A stretch of DNA of 64,000 nucleotides from the IMG/VR virus record IMGVR_UViG_3300045911_000754. The stretch is one strand, 5' to 3'. Positions 27,247-36,379 of the stretch are shown one piece after another. A model generated the notes under the pieces. It worked only from the letters and a program-made list of their open reading frames with translations, had not been told where the DNA came from and made no database searches. The position numbers and the translations under genes are program-made. This DNA is from an uncultured virus (IMG/VR IMGVR_UViG_3300045911_000754). Taxonomy: Duplodnaviria; Heunggongvirae; Uroviricota; Caudoviricetes. Within the stretch, counting starts at the first letter, position 1, and every line of letters begins with the position of its first letter.

Positions 27247-29001
27247 TTACTGGTTATAGGTCAAGACCGCCCGACGGGAGCAACGGGTGATCGCGGTGTA
27301 GATCATGCGGTTGCGATCCTTGACCTTGTCCTTGTCCTTGTTTTGACCAATGTCGTCTAGGTCGACGTAGACCTCTTCAAATGTTGACCCTTGGGCCTTG
27401 TGGACGGTCAGGGCATAAGCCAGGGAAACCCTATGAAACCGATTGCGGAGTTCAAAGTAAGGCCCCCATTTCTGGAATTTTGACTTGCCCTTGTTTTCCT
27501 TGCTCTCTGCCTTGGCTTGGCGAGCCAGGTTAGATAGCCGACGATTGAGTTCTGCTTGGCAGGACTCGTCGATCACGAGGAGGGTTATGTCTGTTCGCCC
27601 ATCGTCGTCGGGAGTCTTCGTGCAGTTCAACTGCCAAGCAACCAACCCCTCCTCGGTCACAACCTTGCAGGCGCTCTTGATCAGGGCTTGTTCGCCGTTT
27701 TGCAGGATCGTGACTTCAACCATGGATTCAATCTCCTTCCCCTGTCTTCTGCGAACAATCTTCTCTCGCGACTTGCAAGGGGAGAGAGCAACCAGGGACT
27801 CGCCGCGGCAGTAGGGGGCGGCAGATTCCCCGTGCAGGAACTCATGGACAACTCGGTTGATTTCCTGTACGCGCTTGTTGCGCCAGGACAAAGCCCGCAC
27901 CTGGTCAGGGTTTTGCGCTCGCTTAAAGGATTGAAGTAGCTCAGACTCCCAGTCCTGCCGGCTCAACAGCACCACGGTGTCATCCTGCTTAGCATATTCC
28001 TGGATTTCGGCGATTGGCATCCGGGGGCAATCTAGGTTTTTGCGGATGTCGTTAGCGAGTTGCGCGATCGCCCCGCTGTAGCGAACCACCTCCTTGAGTT
28101 CCCATCCGGGTAGGTTGAAGATGGGCGAGGTGGAGTCGTTGTCGTCGGCGAAGGAACTCAGATCGAACAGCAGCGGACTGCCTGGACGATCGCGTTTTCT
28201 GCCCTCCACGGGTGGAAGTTGAGCGTCATCCCCCAGCCAGAGGATGGTTGCGCCATTGATATTCCCATCCAAATGAGACTGCAATTGCCGCCCCCATTGA
28301 CTCGCTTCGTCTGCAATTACCAGAAATTTGTCGCTGATCCGAGGCGTGATCTCCCCCTTCTGAATGTAGATTTCTTCTCCAGTCTCTTCGTCGATGTCCG
28401 GAGTCAGCCCTAGCAGCCCTGCAAAGGTACAGGTGTCCAACGCGAGATTCCAGTGGTAGTAGAAGGTGTTGCGGATCACCTTGCGAGCCTGATGACTTGG
28501 TGCGGTGAGGATGACCTCGCTGCGGTCAAACATCCCGGACTTGAGCGCTAGGCGGGTGATCGCCCCCGCGACATAGGTCTTGCCCATCCCGGCGTACCCC
28601 CTGAGGATGGCTTGCCTGGTTGGAATGCCGTTGACCTTGCCCGTCTGTAGCCAGTTGACGACCTCGATTGCGACCGACCTCTGAGACGGGGTGAGACCCT
28701 CCAGTACTCCCTCTGTATCCTCAATGACGGGGTACTGGATCTGCGATTCATCGTCATCCATGAGCACCGCGTCCAGTAGGTTTTCCCTGGTAACGCCAAA
28801 CACAGGGGCTAAGACTCTTTCGATGTGAGAGCGCCCCGCTGATCGCCCATGGAGCTGGTGGGTGATCGCATTTGCCAGCAGGTCGATCACGTCTCGTCCA
28901 GGTCGATCAAGGTCAATCATGTAGCCTTCGGCTAAGTCCCATAGCCAGCGACGAAACTCGTTGTAACAGGAATCCTTTGCGCTTGCGTTTGTGGTGTTCA
29001 T
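27247..29001 (-). CDS. SF1B helicase (RecD2/Dda-like)
   Basis: GYAGMGKT, DEASQ, LGDDAQLPPV, YALTVHKAQGSTF, YTAITR. Confidence 0.92.
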   Translation of the reverse strand: MNTTNASAKDSCYNEFRRWLWDLAEGYMIDLDRPGRDVIDLLANAITHQLHGRSAGRSHIERVLAPVFGVTRENLLDAVLMDDDESQIQYPVIEDTEGVLEGLTPSQRSVAIEVVNWLQTGKVNGIPTRQAILRGYAGMGKTYVAGAITRLALKSGMFDRSEVILTAPSHQARKVIRNTFYYHWNLALDTCTFAGLLGLTPDIDEETGEEIYIQKGEITPRISDKFLVIADEASQWGRQLQSHLDGNINGATILWLGDDAQLPPVEGRKRDRPGSPLLFDLSSFADDNDSTSPIFNLPGWELKEVVRYSGAIAQLANDIRKNLDCPRMPIAEIQEYAKQDDTVVLLSRQDWESELLQSFKRAQNPDQVRALSWRNKRVQEINRVVHEFLHGESAAPYCRGESLVALSPCKSREKIVRRRQGKEIESMVEVTILQNGEQALIKSACKVVTEEGLVAWQLNCTKTPDDDGRTDITLLVIDESCQAELNRRLSNLARQAKAESKENKGKSKFQKWGPYFELRNRFHRVSLAYALTVHKAQGSTFEEVYVDLDDIGQNKDKDKVKDRNRMIYTAITRCSRRAVLTYNQ

Positions 29002-29139
29002 ATTGAGTGCTTGTGCTGATTGTTTAATTTTGCACTCAAATCAGACAATAACTGGCGACCAAAAAAAAACGATTGCCCATTACCGGGAAATCGTTTCTCG
29101 ACAAAACACAAGGAGAAGGCTGTCAATGATACCGCTACT

Positions 29140-29790
29140 TTAGCGCGAACCTACACTGCTTAGCGCAACGGCGATCCGCTGCCCCCGATCACTCATCAGT
29201 TGGTCAAGGGCAGCGATCGCCTCATCAGTGTAGGGTGTCCAGTGCATATCATGGGGGGCGTGGCGATCCAGCCACAACTCAGCGCCACCTAGGAAGGTGA
29301 CTTGGTACAGCCCAAGATCGTCGCGACCTCGAATCCGGTGGATGAGTCCGATGGGCAGGGAGATTGTCCGTCCCTCACTATCGCGCAAGTCAAGGTAGCG
29401 CCCGGCAGACAAGAATTGCAGTTCGTCCTCGTCTGCCCAGTCCACGTCGCCATTGACGGGGCAGATCAGGGGATAGCGAGGGGCGGGTTGCCGATCGGCT
29501 GGCTTGGTGGGGTCAGTAACGAAGTGGTGGTGATTGTACCGATCCAAGAACGAGGCGGGCAAGGGAGGGGTACCCCCTTGGCTAGACAGAAGGACTAGCC
29601 AATGATCAAGGTCTTTGGGCGTAGGGAAGGGCGGATGATCGTTGCCCCAACCTATCAGGTAAAGATCCAGTCGAGTCCCAAGGATCCACTCGCGTCGCCG
29701 AAACCGCACTCGATCACCGAAGGCGACGGGCCGACTGTATCGGCCTAGCCAGTCAATGGCGCGGTTGAGGATGCTGGGAGAAGTGGTCAT
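29140..29790 (-). CDS. Hypothetical protein
   Basis: 216 aa ORF at end of minus-strand operon. Confidence 0.65.
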   Translation of the reverse strand: MTTSPSILNRAIDWLGRYSRPVAFGDRVRFRRREWILGTRLDLYLIGWGNDHPPFPTPKDLDHWLVLLSSQGGTPPLPASFLDRYNHHHFVTDPTKPADRQPAPRYPLICPVNGDVDWADEDELQFLSAGRYLDLRDSEGRTISLPIGLIHRIRGRDDLGLYQVTFLGGAELWLDRHAPHDMHWTPYTDEAIAALDQLMSDRGQRIAVALSSVGSR

Positions 29791-29896
29791 AGCTTGTCGT
29801 GGGGTGAGGGGGTGGCGTTGATGGTGCGTCTATCGAGCAGAGCAAGACATACCAAAGCAAGGCGAGGGTGATCGCTTTGAGGAGGCGGGGCATCAT
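29753..29896 (-). CDS. Small membrane peptide (47 aa), not in ORF track
   Basis: MMPRLLKAITLALLWYVLLCSIDAPS...; one hydrophobic segment. Confidence 0.4.
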   Translation of the reverse strand: MMPRLLKAITLALLWYVLLCSIDAPSTPPPHPTTSYDHFSQHPQPRH

Positions 29897-29926
29897 GGTG
29901 CGGACGGGGTGGGTAATCACACGAGC

Positions 29927-30676
29927 CTAGGTATCCGCGCCGTTCAAGAGCGTCACCGTGAACCGAAACAGGCGATCACGTTGGTAGCCAGGATGGGTCT
30001 TGAGGATCCGCATAAAGGTCAAGTGTTTGGTGATGTCGTTGGTGACGATGCAGCCTGCTGAATAGCCCTGGATCGTTTTCAGGGGGGTGGTCGTTGCCCG
30101 ATGCCAGTTGATTCCAAAGAAACCCGAAACCCTCAGATCGTCAGCATCGCGTCGTCCATTGCGATTCACGTCGCGTAGGATCGTCACGGGGCCTCCGGTT
30201 TGCACGAGCGCTTCGTGATGACTGGATCCTTGGTGAATTCCAATTTGGTAAGCCCTGGGGTGCTGTCCAAAGGCAAGCTGGGCAGCACCGGGTGGGACGA
30301 TCGGCTTCTGCGTGATTCCCCAGGCTGGCTCGGTCGTTGCTTGCGCAATGTGCAATACTGTGCCGTCGGGCTTGACAATTAGCACGAGGTCATTCCACTG
30401 GTCGGGGTGGTTATCGTTGCGTGTACCATCAGGGTTCATCCCAGAGATGGCGACGATATTGAAAACGGGGTCGATTTCGTAGCCCCGCGACTTCATGGCG
30501 GCTATTACCCGTCGCCCAAGGGGGCTGCTCTGGTCGTCACTGGGCTGGGCTGTGGCCGCGGGGGTTCCTAACGAGAAGAGGGGAGACCCACTGGGCGCGC
30601 TTATTATCCCGATCGCTGCAGCCACCGCTGCGACAACGACGACACTCGCCCAGTCAATGGCGATACTGCGACTCAT
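29927..30676 (-). CDS. Exported peptidoglycan enzyme, L,D-transpeptidase (YkuD)-like catalytic motif
   Basis: N-terminal hydrophobic signal; ATTEP, ALVQ, GFFGINWH....YSAGC. Confidence 0.65.
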   Translation of the reverse strand: MSRSIAIDWASVVVVAAVAAAIGIISAPSGSPLFSLGTPAATAQPSDDQSSPLGRRVIAAMKSRGYEIDPVFNIVAISGMNPDGTRNDNHPDQWNDLVLIVKPDGTVLHIAQATTEPAWGITQKPIVPPGAAQLAFGQHPRAYQIGIHQGSSHHEALVQTGGPVTILRDVNRNGRRDADDLRVSGFFGINWHRATTTPLKTIQGYSAGCIVTNDITKHLTFMRILKTHPGYQRDRLFRFTVTLLNGADT

Positions 30677-31461
30677 TCGCGCTCTCCCTCTGTTGTACCT
30701 GCTTGACCGAAGATCCTGATCGCTTTGCTGATCTCCCTAGCTCGTCGAAGTTGATCGCCGTAGACGCAGGCAAAGTCGCTAACCATACGATTTTCTCGGC
30801 GGCAAATACCCAGTAGTCCGATGGCCAGGTTATGTCCAGTGGTGGGATCTCCGTTTTGGTAGAAGGCGGCGGTACGGGCGTGGGCGATTGTTTCAATTCC
30901 TTGATTCCTCGCCGCTCTTGCTTTGGCAAGGGATCTGGGAAACCACCGCGAGTGGATGGGGCTGCCCTGATTGTGGAGGTCTAGGGTGTTGAAAAGAGCT
31001 TCGGGATCTGCTATGGGGTCAATCCCGGCGGATCTGAGATCAGCGATCGCCTCAGGGATCTTACTGCGTATCCGTTCAAGGCAACCCTGGTCAGCTTTGG
31101 GTAGGTCTCCACCCGATCGCCCTTGATCAGAACAGAAACCGTAGTTCCGCACAAAGTTGCCTGGATCCACATGCCCTGCGTAGAGTCGGGTCGTTTTGAC
31201 GACCACCCTCTGTCCCGTTGGGCTGGAGGCGATCTGCAGCCAGTAGTTACCCTCAGCCATCCCGATCGCCACCGCACCGATCGAGTTGGGGGAAGCAAAC
31301 CACCGGTCAATGGTGGGGTCAAGGTCAAGGCGATGCGCAGTGATCGGCGCGGTGGCAGCTTGGGTCGGCGCGGTGGCGATGCGCGGGGTGCGGCTCGTGA
31401 CCCATAGGGTCGCAACAGAGACAACACAGGACGTGATTATCAAGTCGTCAAAGAACTTCAT
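30673..31461 (-). CDS. Exported putative lysozyme-like protein
   Basis: N-terminal TM; AIGMAEG...YAGHVDPGN...NYG resembles a lysozyme-fold catalytic region. Confidence 0.45.
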   Translation of the reverse strand: MKFFDDLIITSCVVSVATLWVTSRTPRIATAPTQAATAPITAHRLDLDPTIDRWFASPNSIGAVAIGMAEGNYWLQIASSPTGQRVVVKTTRLYAGHVDPGNFVRNYGFCSDQGRSGGDLPKADQGCLERIRSKIPEAIADLRSAGIDPIADPEALFNTLDLHNQGSPIHSRWFPRSLAKARAARNQGIETIAHARTAAFYQNGDPTTGHNLAIGLLGICRRENRMVSDFACVYGDQLRRAREISKAIRIFGQAGTTEGERE

Positions 31462-31961
31462 GGGGCCACTCCTGTCTGCAAAGCCTCCAGTAGCGGTCGC
31501 TCAAGAGGAATCGGCTGCCCATTTGAGTCAAGTCGAATCGCCTGAACCGATTGCCCTGCGGCTAGGGACATGCGCGATTGAATCGGCCCCGGCGCGGCTA
31601 AGACGTTCCCATAGATGAGTTCAATCGAGCCAAATAACTCAGGGGACTCGTAACGAATGCCCCTAGGGATTGCGGTAATCGAGCCATCGAAGGGGGCGTA
31701 GTAGATTACGGACTGCTCCCCCTTCAAGAGGACTCCCTCGCTAAGGCTGCGTCCCGGTACAACTTCGACGTCCAGGACTCGTCCGGCGATCACGGTAGGT
31801 AGATTATTAGGAGCGACGCCCTCGGGAGATTGGATTGCTTCGAGGGAGACCCGGCTGGGTAGTTGTCGGTCGACGGTGTAAGTGAGAGGGCTGTTCATGA
31901 GCCAAAAGGCAGCCCAAATCACTCCACCAGCAATCAGCAGGGTGGTGAGTAGCGATTTCAT
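31458..31961 (-). CDS. Membrane-anchored protein, possible degenerate M23-like beta domain
   Basis: N-terminal TM; YYAPFDGSI; no HxxxD/HxH metal ligands seen. Confidence 0.45.
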   Translation of the reverse strand: MKSLLTTLLIAGGVIWAAFWLMNSPLTYTVDRQLPSRVSLEAIQSPEGVAPNNLPTVIAGRVLDVEVVPGRSLSEGVLLKGEQSVIYYAPFDGSITAIPRGIRYESPELFGSIELIYGNVLAAPGPIQSRMSLAAGQSVQAIRLDSNGQPIPLERPLLEALQTGVAP

Positions 31962-31974
31962 AGATTGACCAAAT

Positions 31975-32568
31975 CTAGGGAAAGGTTACGGGTTGAAGCG
32001 GGTCGTGGCGCAGGTAGTTTTGATTGGGGTCAAAATGGGCCACGAGTTTCTGGTACTGCCCGCCTCCAAAGGTGACAAGCCAGATGGCGCGGGTGCGATC
32101 AGCGTTGAGACAGACAGGAGGTGTAGACAGCCCGGGGAGTGGTTCATACAGGGCCGCCAAGGATGCACGAGGATACCCCCCTGCTCGGGTTAACCAGGCA
32201 ACCAGGGTCTGTTGATTCAAGGGAACAGCCTCCCCAGGCATGTCGTTGCATCCCAGCGACTGGACTAGTGATGGTGGTATGAGCTGGGCCGGTTCAATCA
32301 CAGTCGGCTGACGAAAAAAATTGGCGGCTGACGATCGGGGCTGGGGGTCTTGAGGGGCTGATTGCTGAGCGGTTGCTGGCTTGGTTGTGGGAACCAGCTT
32401 CCAGGCTTTCTGGGCGGCGTTGACTGAAGCCACAGCTCCTTGCTTAGCTAAGGATCCAACAAAGACAAGATCGGGGGTGCGCGGATCGCCGCTTTTAACC
32501 GACCCGATTGCCCAAGCAACCAGCCCCAACGTCAGGACTGTCTTTGTAATCGGTGGTAATCCAATCAT
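31975..32568 (-). CDS. Membrane-anchored hypothetical protein
   Basis: N-terminal hydrophobic segment VLTLGLVAWAIG. Confidence 0.65.
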   Translation of the reverse strand: MIGLPPITKTVLTLGLVAWAIGSVKSGDPRTPDLVFVGSLAKQGAVASVNAAQKAWKLVPTTKPATAQQSAPQDPQPRSSAANFFRQPTVIEPAQLIPPSLVQSLGCNDMPGEAVPLNQQTLVAWLTRAGGYPRASLAALYEPLPGLSTPPVCLNADRTRAIWLVTFGGGQYQKLVAHFDPNQNYLRHDPLQPVTFP

Positions 32569-32570
32569 GG

Positions 32571-33053
32571 TTAGGGGACGGGTGCAACAGACCGATTGGG
32601 GGCGGGTGGCACGACTAGAGTAGAGTCGCGGCCCGTCTGAGGCTGTGCCCAGTTAATACCCTCCCCTGATCTCAGTGCATTGTTGGTAGGGGTTACGATG
32701 GTTTGGTTGAATCCACGAACCCCCACGTTAATCCCAGCCCCCACTCCGCTTGTCCAGACCACGGGGTTGATAAAGTCATGCACGCCACTTGGTTGAATTG
32801 CCTGCCCTGTGATTGACGCGGTGCACATGGAAAACAATGAGCCACTGGTTGCAATCACGCCTATCCACGCGATGCATCGAGGCCAATGGATGGCCCAGGT
32901 TTGCGCGCTTAAGGTCACGGGAAGTCCAATCAGGTCGCGGTAGGTGAGTCGATGCCCTCGTTCGATTGCCTCAACGAATGATCGAGACTTGTCATGTGGA
33001 CTGCTGCTCATAGATTTAGGACTCCGGGGGGAGTGAAAGTCGTCGTCGCTCAT
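32571..33053 (-). CDS. Membrane protein
   Basis: Hydrophobic CIAWIGVIATSGSLFSM; ATGA-coupled. Confidence 0.65.
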   Translation of the reverse strand: MSDDDFHSPRSPKSMSSSPHDKSRSFVEAIERGHRLTYRDLIGLPVTLSAQTWAIHWPRCIAWIGVIATSGSLFSMCTASITGQAIQPSGVHDFINPVVWTSGVGAGINVGVRGFNQTIVTPTNNALRSGEGINWAQPQTGRDSTLVVPPAPNRSVAPVP

Positions 33054-33655
33054 GAGAGGGGTTTGGCAAGGTCAAGGTCAAGATCAAGATCAAGGTCGTC
33101 CAGAGGATCGTCCTGATTATCTGAGGCAATCGAGGCGGGAGGTGATGCAGCCCGACGTTGGGCAACAGCAATGATCGCCGACATCCAATCAGCAGTGCTC
33201 GGATCTGAGGTGGTCACGACAGCCGAAGAGGGAGATGTGATCGGGAAGTCGTCAAGATCGTCAGCCTGCAGGGGATCCGATGCCTCCTCTTCCTCGTCAT
33301 CGCTGTCGACTACGAAAGGATCCAAACCTTGTCCAATGACTGAGGTGGCAAAAGAGCGATCCTCCTCGCGACTATCGTTGTTTCCGCTACGCATCCCAGG
33401 CATTGCGTTCAGGGCCACCACGATCGGCGGAGCTACCAGGGAGGCAAACCCAGACAGCCAGTGCCACAGGGCGAGGGGGTTAGGTTGCGGCACATCGATC
33501 ACCCGCGTAACCTCATACTGTCGCCCCCCTTGGTTGATGAAAACGGGGTTGGCTTCTGCTCCACACTTGGTAGGCTGGTAACGACTGGCCGCAAACTGGA
33601 GGGGGGCCATGGCCATGACCGGCAGTGCCAGCAAGTGAACAGGGCGAAATTTCAT
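33050..33655 (-). CDS. Membrane protein with acidic tail
   Basis: Two hydrophobic segments; DDEEEE and DLDLDLDLDL; ATGA-coupled. Confidence 0.65.
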   Translation of the reverse strand: MKFRPVHLLALPVMAMAPLQFAASRYQPTKCGAEANPVFINQGGRQYEVTRVIDVPQPNPLALWHWLSGFASLVAPPIVVALNAMPGMRSGNNDSREEDRSFATSVIGQGLDPFVVDSDDEEEEASDPLQADDLDDFPITSPSSAVVTTSDPSTADWMSAIIAVAQRRAASPPASIASDNQDDPLDDLDLDLDLDLAKPLS

Positions 33656-34488
33656 GGCATACCTCTGCTCTCAAAAGACACGGGTTGGGCAGTAGGGGGT
33701 GACACGTGGGATTGCTGACTAGCCTTCTGTTGGGCAGCGATTGCCGCTTCATAGGCCTGTTTAGCCGACTCGCCGCTTGCTCGCACGTCGTTCACAAGCC
33801 CCTGCACCGCTTGGGCTGTAATGATTGCTGAGAACCGCCGAGTCGGATCGGAGATGTCAACCGTGGTTTGAATTTGGAAAGGCTTGACACTGGCAGGGTT
33901 GAACGCCGCCTCTAGGGCCACCATGCAGGCGTAGGTTTCAACAAGTATCTTGTTTACATCCTCGGGTTTTTGTGCTTGCCGTGCAACAATCAACTCCTGC
34001 CGCTTGACCTCTAGGAGGTGGGTCAACACCCCAGCCGTCCCATCAAAGGATGGGTTACGGTTTTCCTGTTGAGCCTTGCGGCGATCAGCCTGTTCGACAG
34101 ACCTTGCGTATTCAAAGTAATCGTTGGCTCGTTGGGCGATCGCGTTGCCGATATCGGACTGAAGGCGAGCGTGCATTGTCCGCATCGTCTGCTCGTACTG
34201 GGCACGCAGCTGCTGGGCGATCACCCGGGAGTCTTCCACTGGGTTGGTGGGGGCGGGGGGGACTTCACCATGGTTGACCGCCGTGACCTCCACCTGCTGG
34301 GACTGGGGACGCCCAAGCCAGAGGCTGATCGCGCAGCCCGGCACAAGGATCGCGGACAGGACGACCGCAACGGGATACTTGTGCCAGATCTTCTGGAGGG
34401 TCCAACCAGGTTGATTTTGCTTAAGTAGGGATGGGGTGGGATGCTTGACCGCTCGGCCGGTCGTGGGGGATGAGGTTCTCGTCATCAC
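33652..34488 (-). CDS. Bitopic membrane protein with long helical/coiled-coil domain
   Basis: TM VAVVLSAILVPGCAISLWLG then Q/A/E-rich helices. Confidence 0.7.
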   Translation of the reverse strand: MMTRTSSPTTGRAVKHPTPSLLKQNQPGWTLQKIWHKYPVAVVLSAILVPGCAISLWLGRPQSQQVEVTAVNHGEVPPAPTNPVEDSRVIAQQLRAQYEQTMRTMHARLQSDIGNAIAQRANDYFEYARSVEQADRRKAQQENRNPSFDGTAGVLTHLLEVKRQELIVARQAQKPEDVNKILVETYACMVALEAAFNPASVKPFQIQTTVDISDPTRRFSAIITAQAVQGLVNDVRASGESAKQAYEAAIAAQQKASQQSHVSPPTAQPVSFESRGMP

Positions 34489-34904
34489 TTATACCCTGCA
34501 CTTTCTAAGATATCTTCAAGGTTTAGTCCTCCTTCTTCGATTGCGCGTTGCAAGCGCTGCTGGGTGGCGAGTGAAACCTGCCGGAATATGCGGGGCTGGG
34601 CGGCGCGGAACGAAAGGCTTCCACTGATCACGCCCAAAATCAATCCCGCGTAGACCCCGCCACCAAAGGTGTAAGCGATCAAGTTGGCAAAGCTAACGGA
34701 ATCCCAGCGATTCAAGACTTCACAAGTTTCGCGGGTCTCGGTCTTGACACAATCAGCGATCCGAGTTATGGAGCCTTGAATGATCCAGGCAAAGACTCCG
34801 GCTGTGCTAACGAAGGGGGTGGCAATCAAGATGGCAGCAAAGGTGCTGACTGCGGCTTTCCAGGGGTGAGGGAGTTTTTTGAATTTAGTCACTGTATTCA
34901 CCAA
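34485..34904 (-). CDS. Two-TM membrane protein
   Basis: Two ~22 aa hydrophobic segments around a loop with two Cys. Confidence 0.7.
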   Translation of the reverse strand: MVNTVTKFKKLPHPWKAAVSTFAAILIATPFVSTAGVFAWIIQGSITRIADCVKTETRETCEVLNRWDSVSFANLIAYTFGGGVYAGLILGVISGSLSFRAAQPRIFRQVSLATQQRLQRAIEEGGLNLEDILESAGYK

Positions 34905-35289
34905 AGGGATTGGGCGGAGGTGAAGCCAGGGAAGACCTTCCGGGGTTATTGGAGGGCAGCCAGGCGGCGATCGTGCTGAGATCTAGCAACGAGGGTTCTG
35001 CTTGTCCTGCCTTGATCGCGGGAATGCCCGAAGGTGATTCAGAGGACTCGACTACGGCATCAACCACCTCCGGCTCTGAGAGGTCGACACGCAACACAGG
35101 AAGATTGCCGTCGGCGATTTCGCGTCCCACCGCCCCGGCCGTCAGGGCGACCAGGATCGTGGTGGGGGGTAGGCGAAGCAGCCAGCTGCCTACCCCGCTG
35201 ACTAGGGCGATCGCCGCTAGGAATCCGAGCCAGCTTCGACAGTAGCGTTGTCGCTGCTGGCGGACAAGGCTTGCTGGGTTGGCGGACAA
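34885..35289 (-). CDS. Two-TM membrane protein
   Basis: WLGFLAAIALVSGVGSWLL and TILVALTAGAVG. Confidence 0.65.
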   Translation of the reverse strand: MSANPASLVRQQRQRYCRSWLGFLAAIALVSGVGSWLLRLPPTTILVALTAGAVGREIADGNLPVLRVDLSEPEVVDAVVESSESPSGIPAIKAGQAEPSLLDLSTIAAWLPSNNPGRSSLASPPPNPFGEYSD

Positions 35290-35798
35290 ACCCCTGCTAG
35301 CGACAGGATTGGATTGCTGTGATTGGGGGTGAAGTCGAGCATTGCCCTCCGCGGCTTTCCCAGGCTGGACAAAACGCTAGCCATCCCTTGACTAGCTCCG
35401 TTGTCCTCGATTGCGCCTAACCCCAGTTGACGAAGGGCTAGATCATCGATTTCATCGGGCGAGTAGTTGACCAATAGGTGAGTGGCTGTAGCTTGGGCAG
35501 TCCGAACGGCTTCACGGGCGATTTGCACACCGGCGGTAGCGGCGGCCTCATTGAACTGCTGACTGATCACCCCAAAGGCCCCGCCAACGTCGTGGGCTGA
35601 GCCGGGTTGCGCACCGGTACTTTGCTCTTGTTGAGGGTTGCGAAGATACTGAGCGATCGCCTCGACTTGCACCTCACTAAGGTCGGCGACGGTGGAACTG
35701 GGAAATGCTGGGTGCCTGCGTTGATGGAGGGCGGCAATCGCCTCTTGGATCTTGGCGGGCGCAATTTTTAACTGGCTAGCAACTTGGTTCAGGCGCAT
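35217..35798 (-). CDS. Putative DNA-binding protein (N-terminal HTH-like)
   Basis: MRLNQVASQLKIAPAKIQEAI. Confidence 0.55.
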   Translation of the reverse strand: MRLNQVASQLKIAPAKIQEAIAALHQRRHPAFPSSTVADLSEVQVEAIAQYLRNPQQEQSTGAQPGSAHDVGGAFGVISQQFNEAAATAGVQIAREAVRTAQATATHLLVNYSPDEIDDLALRQLGLGAIEDNGASQGMASVLSSLGKPRRAMLDFTPNHSNPILSLAGVCPPTQQALSASSDNATVEAGSDS

Positions 35799-36154
35799 AG
35801 GTCGGGAATTGTGAGTTTGTGCTCGGTCAGATAGTCTGCGATTCGCTCTTGGGGGGTGCGATCGGTGTCGTCCCACTCCCAGAAACGATCAACGAATTCG
35901 GTTCGGTTCATGCCAGGCCCGTGGGGGCTAATAACCAGGTAGTACCAAGCGTCCAACAGGAAGACGTTTTCGGTTGAAACCCAGGCGCTGGTGTCGCTGT
36001 ATTGGTTACTACCTTGACTGGCGACCGGGATGCAGAGGATGTGCCGCCAACGGGCAAAGGTTTTGCGGCTTATGGTTCGCCCGGTCTTGGGGTTCTTGTA
36101 TCGGTTACGCACACGTTCAGGGTTGAGGTATGCAACGGGCATGACGCCCGCCAC
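35789..36154 (-). CDS. Putative DNA-binding protein (MerR/excisionase-like wHTH)
   Basis: ISRKTFARWRHIL; first gene after the 11-bp repeats. Confidence 0.5.
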   Translation of the reverse strand: MAGVMPVAYLNPERVRNRYKNPKTGRTISRKTFARWRHILCIPVASQGSNQYSDTSAWVSTENVFLLDAWYYLVISPHGPGMNRTEFVDRFWEWDDTDRTPQERIADYLTEHKLTIPDLCA

Positions 36155-36202
36155 GTTCAGTGAAGTCGTTTGGACAATTTGGCCGCTCCTCTTGTGCTAA
36201 GG

Positions 36203-36268
36203 GGAAACACCAAGGAAACATCCTGTGCTTAGCTGTTGGTGTTTCTTTGGTGTTTCCTTGGTGTTTCC
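36203..36268. repeat. Phased 11-bp repeats GGAAACACCAA, direct and inverted
   Basis: ggaaacaccaa 36203, ggaaaca 36214; inverted ttggtgtttc(t/c) at 36236, 36247, 36258. Confidence 0.9.
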
Positions 36269-36323
36269 TACGTTCGCATTTTGTCGATTCAAGCGCAAAT
36301 CTTTAGGTCAATTTGTCCGAAAC

Positions 36324-36361
36324 AAAAGCCCTGTCATCGAAAACATCAATGACAGGGCTTT
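36324..36361 (-). terminator. Intrinsic terminator after DUF2227-like gene
   Basis: aaagccctgtcat ... atgacagggcttt, T-run on minus strand. Confidence 0.75.
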
Positions 36362-36379
36362 GGGTTGATAGCGTGGGAG

